This document shows positions 1 to 9,699 of a DNA stretch of 64,000 nt, in pieces; position 1 is the stretch's first letter, and every line of letters starts with the position of its first letter. A program made the position numbers and the translations under genes. Location: contig CAWFOM010000005.1 in the NCBI GenBank assembly GCA_963817385.1, positions 448,001 through 512,000 on the forward strand, given 5' to 3'. Origin of the DNA: an uncultured delta proteobacterium. GTDB lineage: Bacteria > Desulfobacterota > Syntrophia > Syntrophales > UBA5619. Under the pieces are notes generated by a model. The model was given only the letters and a program-made list of their open reading frames with translations. It searched no databases and had not been told where the DNA came from.

Positions 1-654
1 GAGTTTGGTGTTTGGCGGCTGTGGGAAGAGATTTCAAGGCAATACCCGAGTTTTGAGTTCAGGTTTGGCAATGGCTTGGGTGTTCTTGCCGTTGGCGAAC
101 AAATCGAGGAAGAGGTGCGGGCGTTTTTGGAATATGGAAAAGACAATGAGACCCATGTTTCCAGATTCTTTTACCACCTGGGAATAAAAAATAAACTGGA
201 CTTTCAAAAGGCTGCTCTTTCGGTGCAAGTATATCAATTGCAGAATACGTTATCGGACCGTGATAAAAGACTGCAGCAGGCTGATGAGTGGTCAAGGCAG
301 GCTGATGAGTGGTTAAGGCAAAATAAAGCTGCCATACAGGAAAAAGATCTCCAATTGCAACAGACTAATGAGTGGCTACTGCTGAATAAGACTGCAATAC
401 AGGAAAAAGATCTCCAATTGCAGCAGGCCGACCAGTCGTTAAGGGAATATCAAACGGTAATTAGAGAAAAGGAACTTCAATTAATAGAACTGATACAAGA
501 AAAAGATATGCAATTGCAGCGAAGTCAGGCATTTCAAGGATTAAGTGAAGAGCAAAATCGTCAGTTGAATGAAATTTATACCTCAAAAGGATGGCGATGG
601 TTAATGCGTTATAGAAAAATGAAAGCCTTACTCGATTGCCACCCAAGAAAATAA
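1..654 (+). CDS. Partial (5'-truncated) class I SAM methyltransferase with C-terminal coiled coil, WbdD/WsaE-like
   Basis: Frame 1 is open from base 1 (EFGVWRLWEEISRQYPSFEFRFGNGLGV), paralogous to DFGVWRLWEELAARYPAMEFRFSYGLGL in the 6436 ORF. It continues into a repetitive QEKDLQLQQ coiled coil and the terminal IYTSKGWR motif. Confidence 0.75.
   Translation, partial: EFGVWRLWEEISRQYPSFEFRFGNGLGVLAVGEQIEEEVRAFLEYGKDNETHVSRFFYHLGIKNKLDFQKAALSVQVYQLQNTLSDRDKRLQQADEWSRQADEWLRQNKAAIQEKDLQLQQTNEWLLLNKTAIQEKDLQLQQADQSLREYQTVIREKELQLIELIQEKDMQLQRSQAFQGLSEEQNRQLNEIYTSKGWRWLMRYRKMKALLDCHPRK
276..422 (+). repeat. In-frame tandem repeats: 2x21 bp (276-296, 297-317) and a 63-bp period (334/397)
   Basis: gcaggctgatgagtggt(c/t)aag occurs twice. 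atacaggaaaaagatctccaattgca occurs at 334 and 397. Confidence 0.9.
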
Positions 655-720
655 TCGAAGAGAAAGACACGAAATGAGAAACCAGATTCCTTGGGACAGT
701 TATGAAGTAAGGACGAGAAT

Positions 721-1698
721 ATGAATCTATCAAACACCGTTACTATGTCAGAGCAGATCGCTATCGACTGGACCAGCACGTTTGATTACAAAAAGCTTAC
801 GGAAGAAGAGCTCCAGAAATATTCAACAGTAGAGATCACCGCAGATCTTCACGAGGGTGGGGTCCACGCTCAGAAGGCATGGGGGTTTTGGTTTGAGTAT
901 CTGTCGAAACAGTTATGGAAATCTTCATTAGGCGAAGAGATCGTGCAGTTCTCTAATACCATCAATAATCCCGGGATTTTGAGTCTCGGATGCGGGTATG
1001 GCGGCGTAGAGATTTCCATCGCACGCTCATTAAACAAGCCCTACGAAATCATAGCCACTGACATCAACGATCAGATTTTTGCAAAGGCCCGTGAAGAGGT
1101 GAAGAAAGAGGGATTAAAGGTTCATTTTTTGCAGCTCGATCTGAATTTTATCTCTCTCCAGGAAAACACGTTCGACCTTATTTTTGCTCACGCCTCTCTG
1201 CACCACTTGCTGAACCTGGAGCATGTTTTTTCCCAGATTCATCGGGGGCTGAAAAAAAACGGGCGACTGATCGTTCAAGACATCATCGGCAAAACACAGG
1301 TGCTCTTTTGGAAGGACAATGTTGATTTCGCCAGGGATATCGTCAAAAAAATGCCTGCTCGTTATAAAGCCGGCATCGCCAAACCGGATGACATCATCGC
1401 TCCCTATCGTGAACCCTCGATCCAGAAAGACATGGAGGGAATCCGCCAGGAGGAGATAGAACTGCAGGCCAGCAAATTTTTTACGCCGATCAAGATGTTC
1501 AAGTACGGTTCTTATATGAGGATGATCTGCACGAATCCGGAGCTCGGCAGACGGCTTGATCCCGACACGAAAGCGGACAGAGAATACCTGGAATATCTTT
1601 TCCAACTGGATCTTCAACAGGTACAAATGAAGAATCTTCGCCCGACCGAAATGCTTGCTGTATATATAAAAAAGGATTTGGCCGATGTTCATGAATAA
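721..1698 (+). CDS. Class I SAM-dependent methyltransferase
   Basis: ILSLGCGYG motif I and FDLIFAHASLHH motif. Confidence 0.85.
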   Translation: MNLSNTVTMSEQIAIDWTSTFDYKKLTEEELQKYSTVEITADLHEGGVHAQKAWGFWFEYLSKQLWKSSLGEEIVQFSNTINNPGILSLGCGYGGVEISIARSLNKPYEIIATDINDQIFAKAREEVKKEGLKVHFLQLDLNFISLQENTFDLIFAHASLHHLLNLEHVFSQIHRGLKKNGRLIVQDIIGKTQVLFWKDNVDFARDIVKKMPARYKAGIAKPDDIIAPYREPSIQKDMEGIRQEEIELQASKFFTPIKMFKYGSYMRMICTNPELGRRLDPDTKADREYLEYLFQLDLQQVQMKNLRPTEMLAVYIKKDLADVHE

Positions 1699-1769
1699 TG
1701 CGGTAGCGCACGACAAATGGGAACTTAAGTACAGTTAATATCATCTAAACATCTTAATCACATTAATTA
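1568..1769 (+). repeat. Direct repeat copy 1 (~200 bp; partner 2607-2806)
   Basis: gaatacctggaatatcttttccaactggatcttcaacaggtac...gaacttaa...ttaatcacattaatta aligns with 2607-2806. Confidence 0.9.
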
Positions 1770-1796
1770 TTCAACTACGGCCAGAGAGGGACGGCA

Positions 1797-2528
1797 ATGA
1801 AATCGATTATTGATAAGCTGTACGAAGACAAACCTCACTTCCATCGGGCTGATGATACGAATTGGACTTCCTGGAATTCGAACTGGAATCTGTTGCGCCT
1901 GATACAAGACCTGCTACAACCAGATATGAAGTGTCTGGAGATTGGGTCAGGCTATAGCACGGTTATTTTTGTTTACAATAGGTGTTTTCATATGTGTATT
2001 ACCCCTGACCCAGATGAAGTGAGCAGAATAAGAGAATACTGCACAGAATCAGGAATACCCTTGGATAGATTTGATTCCAGGATTGGGTTCTCGACCGATA
2101 TTCTTCCCCTGTATCACGATAAAGGCAAGGATTTGATCCTTGTTGATGGCGCCCACGCGTTTCCCTTCCCTATCGTTGATTGGTTCTTCGCAACAAAGCT
2201 GTTAAACGATGGGGGACTCATGATAATTGACGATATAGACATTGCCAGTTGCAATATACTCGTCAAGTTTCTTCTGTCCGATCGCTTTTGGGAACGAATT
2301 ATCGTTAAGGATAATTTTGCCGTATTCCGGAAAATCCATAATCCTCTTGGTGATCATCTATATACCGGCGATTGGCCTGCCCAGCCATTTAGCCAGGGGA
2401 AGATGCCTCTCAGCGACCTCCTGCATACCCCGGATTCGGCGCCACCTGCTCCAGAGCCGGAGGGTGAAGATATTCCAAATATTGGCTCCACTTCTAAAGT
2501 CGAAATCGACTGGAAAGGCACTTCCTGA
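1797..2528 (+). CDS. SAM methyltransferase (Methyltransf_24-like)
   Basis: CLEIGSGYST, DLILVDGAH and GGLMIIDD motifs. Confidence 0.8.
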   Translation: MKSIIDKLYEDKPHFHRADDTNWTSWNSNWNLLRLIQDLLQPDMKCLEIGSGYSTVIFVYNRCFHMCITPDPDEVSRIREYCTESGIPLDRFDSRIGFSTDILPLYHDKGKDLILVDGAHAFPFPIVDWFFATKLLNDGGLMIIDDIDIASCNILVKFLLSDRFWERIIVKDNFAVFRKIHNPLGDHLYTGDWPAQPFSQGKMPLSDLLHTPDSAPPAPEPEGEDIPNIGSTSKVEIDWKGTS

Positions 2529-2606
2529 AGTCCGTATTTGATATACCTCGTCTATCCCCTCCGGGAGCGGCGGCCGGTTCACCAAGCCATCGAATCCCCG
2601 CTCAAT

Positions 2607-2806
2607 CGAAAACGTACGGCGAATACCTGGAATATCTTTTTCAACCGGATCTTCAACAGGTACGAATGAAGGAACTTTGCCCGACCGAAATGTTCGCTGA
2701 ATATATAAAAAAGGATTCGGCCGATCTCCCATGCATAATGCGGAAGCGCACAACAAAGGGGAACTTAAATGCAATTAATATCAAAATATTTTAATCGCAT
2801 TAATTA
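2607..2806 (+). repeat. Direct repeat copy 2: decayed 3' end of the 721-1698 gene plus the start of the 2769 gene
   Basis: Diverged copy of 1568-1769 at an offset of about 1039 bp. Confidence 0.9.
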
Positions 2807-4217
2807 CCCCACTTATTTTATTATTCTATTTCTCCTTAAGGCTACAATTTTTTATATTGACCGTATGCCAATGTTTTTCCTCGGTGATTCTCATAGTTAT
2901 ATAACTACATCGTTGACCGGATGGATACCACTTGATAGATCTTTTCTTTACGGCTTCTTTATAAGAATAATTTCTGTCTCATCTTCATCATTGACATCAT
3001 TGATTGCTGCCCAAGTTTGTGCTGGGCTTATAACCTCTTTTCTCATTGCATATTCTCTCGTTAAGTTTTTCTCAGTGAATCGTAGATTATCCTTACTGTT
3101 TGGTTTCTTATGTGCGATTGAGCCTTTACAATTATTATATGAACGCTATGTAATGACTGAAACAATCTCTCTACTCATATTTTCTTTTTATCTGGTAACA
3201 ATTTTTTATTACATCAAACGACAGAGTTCATTATTAATAATATTAGTGCAAATACTAGGAACGTTCCTCATTAGCTTTAGGATGAGTTTTTTACCGTTGG
3301 TTTTAGCTAATTGCATAATATTGCCGTTTCTCGCCTTCCCGGTCTTGACAAATAACAACCCGTCTAAAAAAATTGCCGTCAATAATTTTTTTGTACTCAC
3401 GCATGATTCATTCCGGGCAATTGGGCTAATTTCCCTACATCTTTTCCTGTCTTTGGGATCGACATATCTTCTCCACAACGGCTACAAGAATCTTAACGGA
3501 TTATTGTCGAAAAAACCGCCGGCCTATTACTATCAAGGCGGGATTTTCTTGTTGTCTAATTGGTCACCTATTGTAAAACCTATTGATTTCAGCCGCCCTG
3601 AACTTACTCCTTTAGTTTTTGCTAATTTAAAATTTGATTTGCGGGATCGTCATACCAGAGATTCGCAGCACTGGAGGCCCGGCGGCATCATCGATAATCT
3701 GAATAAAGCCATCCCTGACAATCTGGAAGCCGACAGTGTTGCTAAAGCCACTGCAATGAATGCTCTCAGAAGAGACCCTCTTGCACTGGCATTGCTTTCA
3801 ATAAAAACCTTCGAAGATTATTTCAATGTAGATTGGCTGCAGGGGAGCATGAAAAATGACTCGGGAAATAGGCCTTTGCCCGAAGGATTGCTTGATGTTC
3901 TGAGGTATAATTTCAATCTATCTGCTGAACAATTGCCATTCACGAGAACGTTCACTAAATATTATTATTTCAAGTGCTGGCCTTGGTATCTATTTTTATT
4001 ATTTTTACCCGCATTATGCATTGTGAATCTTTTTCTCTGTAGTGCTAGCGTCAATAAATATGTTCTTGTTCTTTTATTAGTATCGATAGAGATTGTAGCT
4101 GTTGCCATTGCATTAGTTGAAGGGCCAACCGTACGTTATCTCCATCCGGCTGCTTGGCTGTCTTTTTTGGTGCTTGGCCCTTTCTCTAACGCGATATTCA
4201 AGCTAAAAAGCAACTGA
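2769..4217 (+). CDS. Polytopic membrane protein, probable GT-C-fold glycosyltransferase
   Basis: Many hydrophobic segments. Acidic GDSHSY loop after TM1, ERYVMTE motif, large soluble loop and C-terminal VRYLHP. Confidence 0.55.
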   Translation: MQLISKYFNRINYPTYFIILFLLKATIFYIDRMPMFFLGDSHSYITTSLTGWIPLDRSFLYGFFIRIISVSSSSLTSLIAAQVCAGLITSFLIAYSLVKFFSVNRRLSLLFGFLCAIEPLQLLYERYVMTETISLLIFSFYLVTIFYYIKRQSSLLIILVQILGTFLISFRMSFLPLVLANCIILPFLAFPVLTNNNPSKKIAVNNFFVLTHDSFRAIGLISLHLFLSLGSTYLLHNGYKNLNGLLSKKPPAYYYQGGIFLLSNWSPIVKPIDFSRPELTPLVFANLKFDLRDRHTRDSQHWRPGGIIDNLNKAIPDNLEADSVAKATAMNALRRDPLALALLSIKTFEDYFNVDWLQGSMKNDSGNRPLPEGLLDVLRYNFNLSAEQLPFTRTFTKYYYFKCWPWYLFLLFLPALCIVNLFLCSASVNKYVLVLLLVSIEIVAVAIALVEGPTVRYLHPAAWLSFLVLGPFSNAIFKLKSN

Positions 4218-4240
4218 TTACGTTTTCAATAAAGGAGTAA

Positions 4241-5455
4241 ATGCGCTACTATAACTATGTAATTCTTGGTGCAGGTCCAACCGGCTTGAGCGTTGCTCAT
4301 GCTTTATGGAAATTGGGAGAGGACTCTTTTCTTCTGCTCGAACAAGAGTCTCTTCCCGGTGGGTTATGTCGTAGTGAAGACGTAGATAAAAAGCCATTGG
4401 ATATCGGTGGCGGTCATTTTCTCGATGTCAAACGAGTAGAAGTGCTGGACCTTCTTTTCCGTTTCCTGCCCCACTCTGAGTGGCAGGAATATACCCGCAT
4501 ATCGCGTATCAATCTGTGGGGAAAAGAGATTGATTACCCCCTTGAGGCGAACTTGTGGCAGTTGCCGATAACTGACCAGCTTGACTTCCTGGAGTCGATA
4601 GCCCGGGCGGGTTGTGTTAGCGGCTCTCCTGCGCCAGAAGCCTTTGACGAGTGGATCATTTGGAAACTGGGAGACCGCATTGCTGAAGAATACATGCTCC
4701 CCTACAACCGCAAGATATGGTCGACCGAACTCAACGAACTCGGCACATACTGGCTCTACAAACTTCCGGATGTTTCATTCCGCGAGACCCTACAAAGCTG
4801 TCTCGAAGGCAAACTTTTAGGCAGCCTGCCCGCCCATGGAACTTTCCTGTATCCCAAGGAATACGGTTATGGAGAAGTCTGGAGACGGATGGGTGAATCC
4901 TTGGGAGAAAAACTGCTTACCTCAACACCTGTTACAAGTATCGACATCGAAAACAGGATCATAAATAGTGAATTCTGTGCAAAAAAAATAATTTCCACCA
5001 TACCGTGGACTATCTGGCCAAAAGTAGCTAGTGTTCCTGAATCCATTATATCGCAAATATCCAGACTGCGTCATGTGGCTATTGACGTAGACTACCACCC
5101 AGATACTTTAACTTCTAACTCTCATTGGATTTACGAACCAGATGAGCGTCTTGCTCACCATAGGATACTGTGCAGAAACAATTTCTGCCGGGGAAGCAAG
5201 GGCTATTGGACGGAAACCAACGCAAAACGGGCATCTGTCAAAGGTGAGTTCCATTACAGAAACGAGTACGCCTATCCGCTCAATACGAAAGATAAGCCCA
5301 AGGCTATAGCCGATATCCTTTTCTGGGCAGAACAAAACCACATCATAGGACTGGGTCGTTGGGGCGCCTGGGAACACATGAATTCCGATGTGGCCGTTGA
5401 GGCGGGAATCGCCGCTGCAGAGCAAATCCATGGAAATCAAAAAGGTAGGCGATGA
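4241..5455 (+). CDS. FAD-dependent oxidoreductase, UDP-galactopyranose mutase/protoporphyrinogen oxidase-like
   Basis: GAGPTG dinucleotide-binding motif, GGLCRS, DIGGGH, PYNRKIW and GRWGAWEH. Confidence 0.75.
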   Translation: MRYYNYVILGAGPTGLSVAHALWKLGEDSFLLLEQESLPGGLCRSEDVDKKPLDIGGGHFLDVKRVEVLDLLFRFLPHSEWQEYTRISRINLWGKEIDYPLEANLWQLPITDQLDFLESIARAGCVSGSPAPEAFDEWIIWKLGDRIAEEYMLPYNRKIWSTELNELGTYWLYKLPDVSFRETLQSCLEGKLLGSLPAHGTFLYPKEYGYGEVWRRMGESLGEKLLTSTPVTSIDIENRIINSEFCAKKIISTIPWTIWPKVASVPESIISQISRLRHVAIDVDYHPDTLTSNSHWIYEPDERLAHHRILCRNNFCRGSKGYWTETNAKRASVKGEFHYRNEYAYPLNTKDKPKAIADILFWAEQNHIIGLGRWGAWEHMNSDVAVEAGIAAAEQIHGNQKGRR

Positions 5456-6138
5456 AAATATCTCTCTGCTTATTGGTATGGAATGAGTTGGAAGGATGCA
5501 AAATCGATGTACCGAACATGTCGCGCGAAGAATTCGATGAAATCTACGCCATCGATGGGGGTAGCACGGACGGTACTGTGGAATATCTGCAAACTCAAGG
5601 TATCCCCGTTTACCGCCAGCCCCAAAAAGGACTGAATGCCGCTTACATCCACGCCGTCGAAATGTCGAGCTGCGACGCGGTAGTCGTCTATTTTCCCAAA
5701 GGCACAATATCCGTCTCGACCCTGAAGAATTTTCGCCCGTTTTTGGAATCCGGCATTGACTTGGTCGTCGCCAGCCGTAACATCGGGGGTGCACGAAACG
5801 AGGAAGACAGGAACCTTATCAAGCCGCGGAAATGGGGAGTACTATGCATTGCACTGGTTGCCGCCCTGCTTTGGCGGCGTGAGGGCTATATGGTCAGGGA
5901 TGTGCTTCACGGCTATAAAGGATTCACCGTCTCGGGTTTCAGAAAAATAGCACCGGTTGACTATGGCCTTTCAATAGATATTGAAATGGTTGTAAGATCA
6001 TACCGTTTAGGCTTGAAGCGAGCAGAATTTCCGGTCAGGGAAACTGCTCGCCCCTTTGGTGCAACCAAATTTAAAATACTTCCTACCGGAATGAAATTAC
6101 TAAAATATTTATGGTGGGAATTCAACCGTAAAACTTAA
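5452..6138 (+). CDS. GT2 glycosyltransferase, polyprenol-phosphate (DPM/GtrB-like)
   Basis: WNE, IDGGSTDGT, DLVVASR and FPVRETAR motifs; ATGA overlap with the upstream gene. Confidence 0.8.
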   Translation: MKISLCLLVWNELEGCKIDVPNMSREEFDEIYAIDGGSTDGTVEYLQTQGIPVYRQPQKGLNAAYIHAVEMSSCDAVVVYFPKGTISVSTLKNFRPFLESGIDLVVASRNIGGARNEEDRNLIKPRKWGVLCIALVAALLWRREGYMVRDVLHGYKGFTVSGFRKIAPVDYGLSIDIEMVVRSYRLGLKRAEFPVRETARPFGATKFKILPTGMKLLKYLWWEFNRKT

Positions 6139-6435
6139 GTTTATTATGAATGCTTGGAGTACCCCTATCTGGCCGGTCACTGTCCTAACGTAAGTTGAGA
6201 TTCTTATCCTCTCGTCGAGACTTCGTCTCCCCCGGACACGCCCAATGACCGAAATCGATAACTCCTACATAAAAACGGATAATGCATACTTCCGCATCAT
6301 GAACTGCCGTCATCGCTTCCTTTTTCGACACAATGGGTTGTGATAAATCGCCTTGACATACAAGACCGCTTTTACTATCGTCATCTCGCGCAAAAGCTAC
6401 TTAAATATAACATCTATGGCGGTAATGATGCTGAT

Positions 6436-8937
6436 ATGAGTTTTCCCCCTTTGTCTGTTCCCATCGCCTACCAGATGCCGGAACGTCTCACTGATGTTTC
6501 TTCCTGGCATGGCCTGATTCCTCTCGCCTTCGTCCTGATGGACCTACACCGACCGCGGGTTTTCGTGGAACTGGGCACCCACATGGGCGATTCCTATAGT
6601 GCCTTTTGTCAGGCGGTGAGTACCCTGGAGTTGCCCACCAATTGTTGGGCGGTAGACACCTGGCTGGGTGACGAGCATGCAGGAAGGTACGATTCCTCCG
6701 TTTATGATCAATTGAAGGAGTGGCATGATCCGCGCTTTGGCCGGTTTTCCACACTCATCCGGTCCACCTTTGATCAGGCCCTGACACACTTTTCCGACGG
6801 GTCGATCGATCTGCTGAATATCGATGGTCTGCATACTTACGAGGCGGTCAGACATGATTTTGAAAGCTGGCTACCCAAGATGAGTAATCGAGGCCTGATA
6901 TTGATTCACGACACCGTTGTGCGGGAAAGGGACTTTGGTGTGTGGCGTCTGTGGGAAGAATTGGCAGCCCGATATCCGGCTATGGAATTCCGTTTCAGCT
7001 ATGGCCTGGGTTTGCTCGGCGTGGGGTCAGCAATCGACAGCCCCATCAAAGATTGGTTTTCCATGGATACCGCCGGGCGCAGTGCATTAGAGCAGTATTT
7101 TTTCAGTTTGGGGGAACGAGTGGTCTATAAGCACCGTTCCATGGAACTCACAGCGGAGTGCCTGTCTCTACGGGAAAACGTGGAGCATCTGCGGGAAAAC
7201 GTGGAGCATCTGCGAGGGAACTTGGCGTCTGAAAGTAACGTCTTGCATGACGCCCTGCAGCGGGAAAAAACCTTGTATGAGCAGGTGAAACGTGATCAGG
7301 CCAGTTTGGCCATTTCGCAGGTTCAACTAAGGACCACCCAGCAACAGAATGAGCAACTCCGGCAATCCCTTGTCGAGGCGGAGCAGGCCCTAGCCGGCAT
7401 CCGGAATGAGGTGGCCCAGCGTAACGTGCAACTGGCGGATGCCGAGCAGGCCTTAGCCGGCGTCCGGGATGAGATGGCCCGGCGTGACGCGAAACTGGCG
7501 GAACTCTACCAATCGACATCCTGGCAGGTGACCGGACCGTTGCGGACCGCCAAAGTCATGCTACGCAGGATGCGTGGCACCATGGACTTGCTTAGGTCGT
7601 CCGGGTTGCAGCACTATGCGCGCCGGATGTATCACCGGATGCCGCTACCGTTGAGGGCCAAGTGGTGGCTTAAAACGACCTATCTGAAACGGCAAACCCT
7701 GATGGATCCGGATACCCTGGGGAGCCTGATACCGGACTGGAATCCTTTGCAGGATGTGGCCGAGAGCGCAGGCCGGTATGATCCGTCCCAGCCTTGGTTT
7801 TTGGTGGTGGATTGGTATTTCCCCAGCCCGGACAAGGATTCGGGGTCGGTACGCATGTCCGGAATCCTGCGTCTGCTGAAAGAGCAAGGCTTTCGCCTCA
7901 CCTTTGCTTCGGATAACGCTGAAGAACAGATCAACTACCGACGGCAATTGGAGGTGCAGGGTATCGAAACCGTGCTGGGCTATCACGCCATCCTGGAGCA
8001 TCTGGGGCAGCAGGGCGGAAAATACCGTTACGTCATCCTGTCGCGGCCCGATTTTGCCTTCCGGTATCTTCCCGCAGTGAGGGCCTTCGCGTTGAATGCC
8101 GAGGTTGCTTTTGATACGGTGGATCTTCATTGGGTGAGGTTTGAGCGGGAGATGGAGGTTTCCGGGGACTGCAATCTCAAAGAGCAGATCGACCATTATC
8201 GGCGGATCGAACTGTTCAACACTGCCTGCTCCGATATGGTTTTGGCCATCACCCCTGAGGAAAAGGCGCGCCTGTTGGAAGAGAAGCCGGATGCCCGCGT
8301 GGAGATTCTGCCCAACATTCATGATCCGCAGCCCTTGGTTACCCCGTTTGCCCAACGCAAAGGATTGATGTTCATCGGCGGGTTCTGGCACACGCCCAAC
8401 CAGGACGCGGTGCGCTATTTCGTGGACCAGATCCTTCCCCTGGTGATTGAGGCCATACCGGACATTGTCTTCACTATCATCGGCAGCAATATGCCTCACT
8501 TTATCAAAGCGATGCGCTGCGAGCATATCGAACCGCTAGGTTACGTCGCCGACGTGCAGCCCTATTTTGCCTCCTGCCGGGTGTTTGTGGCGCCGTTGCG
8601 CTATGGAGCCGGCATGAAGGGGAAGATCGGCCAGAGCATGGCCTATGGCCTGCCGGTGGTGATGACTACCATCGGTGCGGAAGGGATGGGACTGGCGGAT
8701 GGGCAGCACATGTTGCTCGCCGATACGCCCAGCGCCTTCGTCGATGCGGTGGTCAGACTCTATTTCGACTCCGATCTTTGGCACCGGTTGTCAACCAACG
8801 CCCTGGTCCATTTGCAGGAACATTATTCGATGGCGGCGACGCGGCGACGGCTGGCTGCGATGTTTCCCCTGCCGGAGGCAGCGGCAAGGGAAACGCGGCA
8901 GCAGAACGCTGTGCTGCATAAGGGCGGAGAGGCATAG
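6436..8937 (+). CDS. Multidomain methyltransferase-coiled coil-GT4 glycosyltransferase (WbdD/WsaE-like)
   Basis: VELGTHMGDS and IDGLHTYE methyltransferase motifs; coiled coil ending YQSTSWQVTGPLR; GT4 motif APLRYGAGMKGKIGQSMAYGLPVV. Start set at MSFPP (track start 6340). Confidence 0.85.
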   Translation: MSFPPLSVPIAYQMPERLTDVSSWHGLIPLAFVLMDLHRPRVFVELGTHMGDSYSAFCQAVSTLELPTNCWAVDTWLGDEHAGRYDSSVYDQLKEWHDPRFGRFSTLIRSTFDQALTHFSDGSIDLLNIDGLHTYEAVRHDFESWLPKMSNRGLILIHDTVVRERDFGVWRLWEELAARYPAMEFRFSYGLGLLGVGSAIDSPIKDWFSMDTAGRSALEQYFFSLGERVVYKHRSMELTAECLSLRENVEHLRENVEHLRGNLASESNVLHDALQREKTLYEQVKRDQASLAISQVQLRTTQQQNEQLRQSLVEAEQALAGIRNEVAQRNVQLADAEQALAGVRDEMARRDAKLAELYQSTSWQVTGPLRTAKVMLRRMRGTMDLLRSSGLQHYARRMYHRMPLPLRAKWWLKTTYLKRQTLMDPDTLGSLIPDWNPLQDVAESAGRYDPSQPWFLVVDWYFPSPDKDSGSVRMSGILRLLKEQGFRLTFASDNAEEQINYRRQLEVQGIETVLGYHAILEHLGQQGGKYRYVILSRPDFAFRYLPAVRAFALNAEVAFDTVDLHWVRFEREMEVSGDCNLKEQIDHYRRIELFNTACSDMVLAITPEEKARLLEEKPDARVEILPNIHDPQPLVTPFAQRKGLMFIGGFWHTPNQDAVRYFVDQILPLVIEAIPDIVFTIIGSNMPHFIKAMRCEHIEPLGYVADVQPYFASCRVFVAPLRYGAGMKGKIGQSMAYGLPVVMTTIGAEGMGLADGQHMLLADTPSAFVDAVVRLYFDSDLWHRLSTNALVHLQEHYSMAATRRRLAAMFPLPEAAARETRQQNAVLHKGGEA
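7171..7500 (+). repeat. In-frame tandem repeats: 2x21 bp exact (7171-7212) and 2x63 bp (7375-7500)
   Basis: cgggaaaacgtggagcatctg x2 (RENVEHL); EAEQALAGIRNEVAQRNVQLA / DAEQALAGVRDEMARRDAKLA. Confidence 0.9.
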
Positions 8938-8988
8938 AGCAAGGTCTGGCGGCACAGGCCTCTGCCCGGCCGCTGATTGAGGAGAACA

Positions 8989-9699
8989 ATGGCGAACGAA
9001 ATTTTGGTTCTTGGCGTGTATCTCACCGACAAGGAGAATTATGCCCCCGGTATCCTGGCGGAGTTGCAGAAAAGCCGTGATTGGGTCGTGGATCAGCGCT
9101 GGGTCGGCTTGGGAAAAGCAGCACCCGATCCTGATTTGCAGGCGCCGACGGCCTGGCATCAGAAAAAACCGACGCCAAAGTTTGTTCTCCTCAACCGGCT
9201 CTTGGCAGACATTAATCTGGCCGCCTACGAGTATCTGCTGGTGGTCGATGATGATATTATACTGCCCGAGGGTTTCGTGGATGATTATCTTTCCCTGGTT
9301 GAGCGGTATCATCTCGCCGTCGCACAGCCGGCTCGCACCCATGATAGTTATATCGACCATCCTTTTGTTGAACGGTTGGACGGCATTTCCGCCCGGCGTA
9401 CCCGTTTCGTGGAGATAGGGCCGTTGTTTTCCCTTCACCGCAGCGCTTTTAAGGCCTTTCTGCCTTTCGATGAGGCCAGTCCCATGGGCTGGGGCTATGA
9501 CTTCGTTTGGCCGCGTCTGGCTCTGGATCACGGGCTTCACATGGGGGTGGTGGATGCGGTGGCCGTTGCCCATAACCTGCGCCCGCCGGTGATGCACTAT
9601 GATTACAACTTGGCCAACGCAGCCATGGGGTGTTTCCTTGCCCAACGGCCCCACCTGTCAAAAAAAGATGCCTTTTTCATCGTGGAATCCTATGTCTGA
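8989..9699 (+). CDS. Putative glycosyltransferase (DUF707/GT-A-like)
   Basis: YEYLLVVDDDI, QPART, FVEIGP and GWGYD motifs; GAGGAG RBS. Confidence 0.65.
   Translation: MANEILVLGVYLTDKENYAPGILAELQKSRDWVVDQRWVGLGKAAPDPDLQAPTAWHQKKPTPKFVLLNRLLADINLAAYEYLLVVDDDIILPEGFVDDYLSLVERYHLAVAQPARTHDSYIDHPFVERLDGISARRTRFVEIGPLFSLHRSAFKAFLPFDEASPMGWGYDFVWPRLALDHGLHMGVVDAVAVAHNLRPPVMHYDYNLANAAMGCFLAQRPHLSKKDAFFIVESYV

Noticed and set aside
6217..6229. gagac-ttc-gtctc minihairpin and a nearby cctaac in the 6139-6435 intergenic region
   Set aside because: It is isolated, has no similarity to the three-copy core and forms no complete attC structure.
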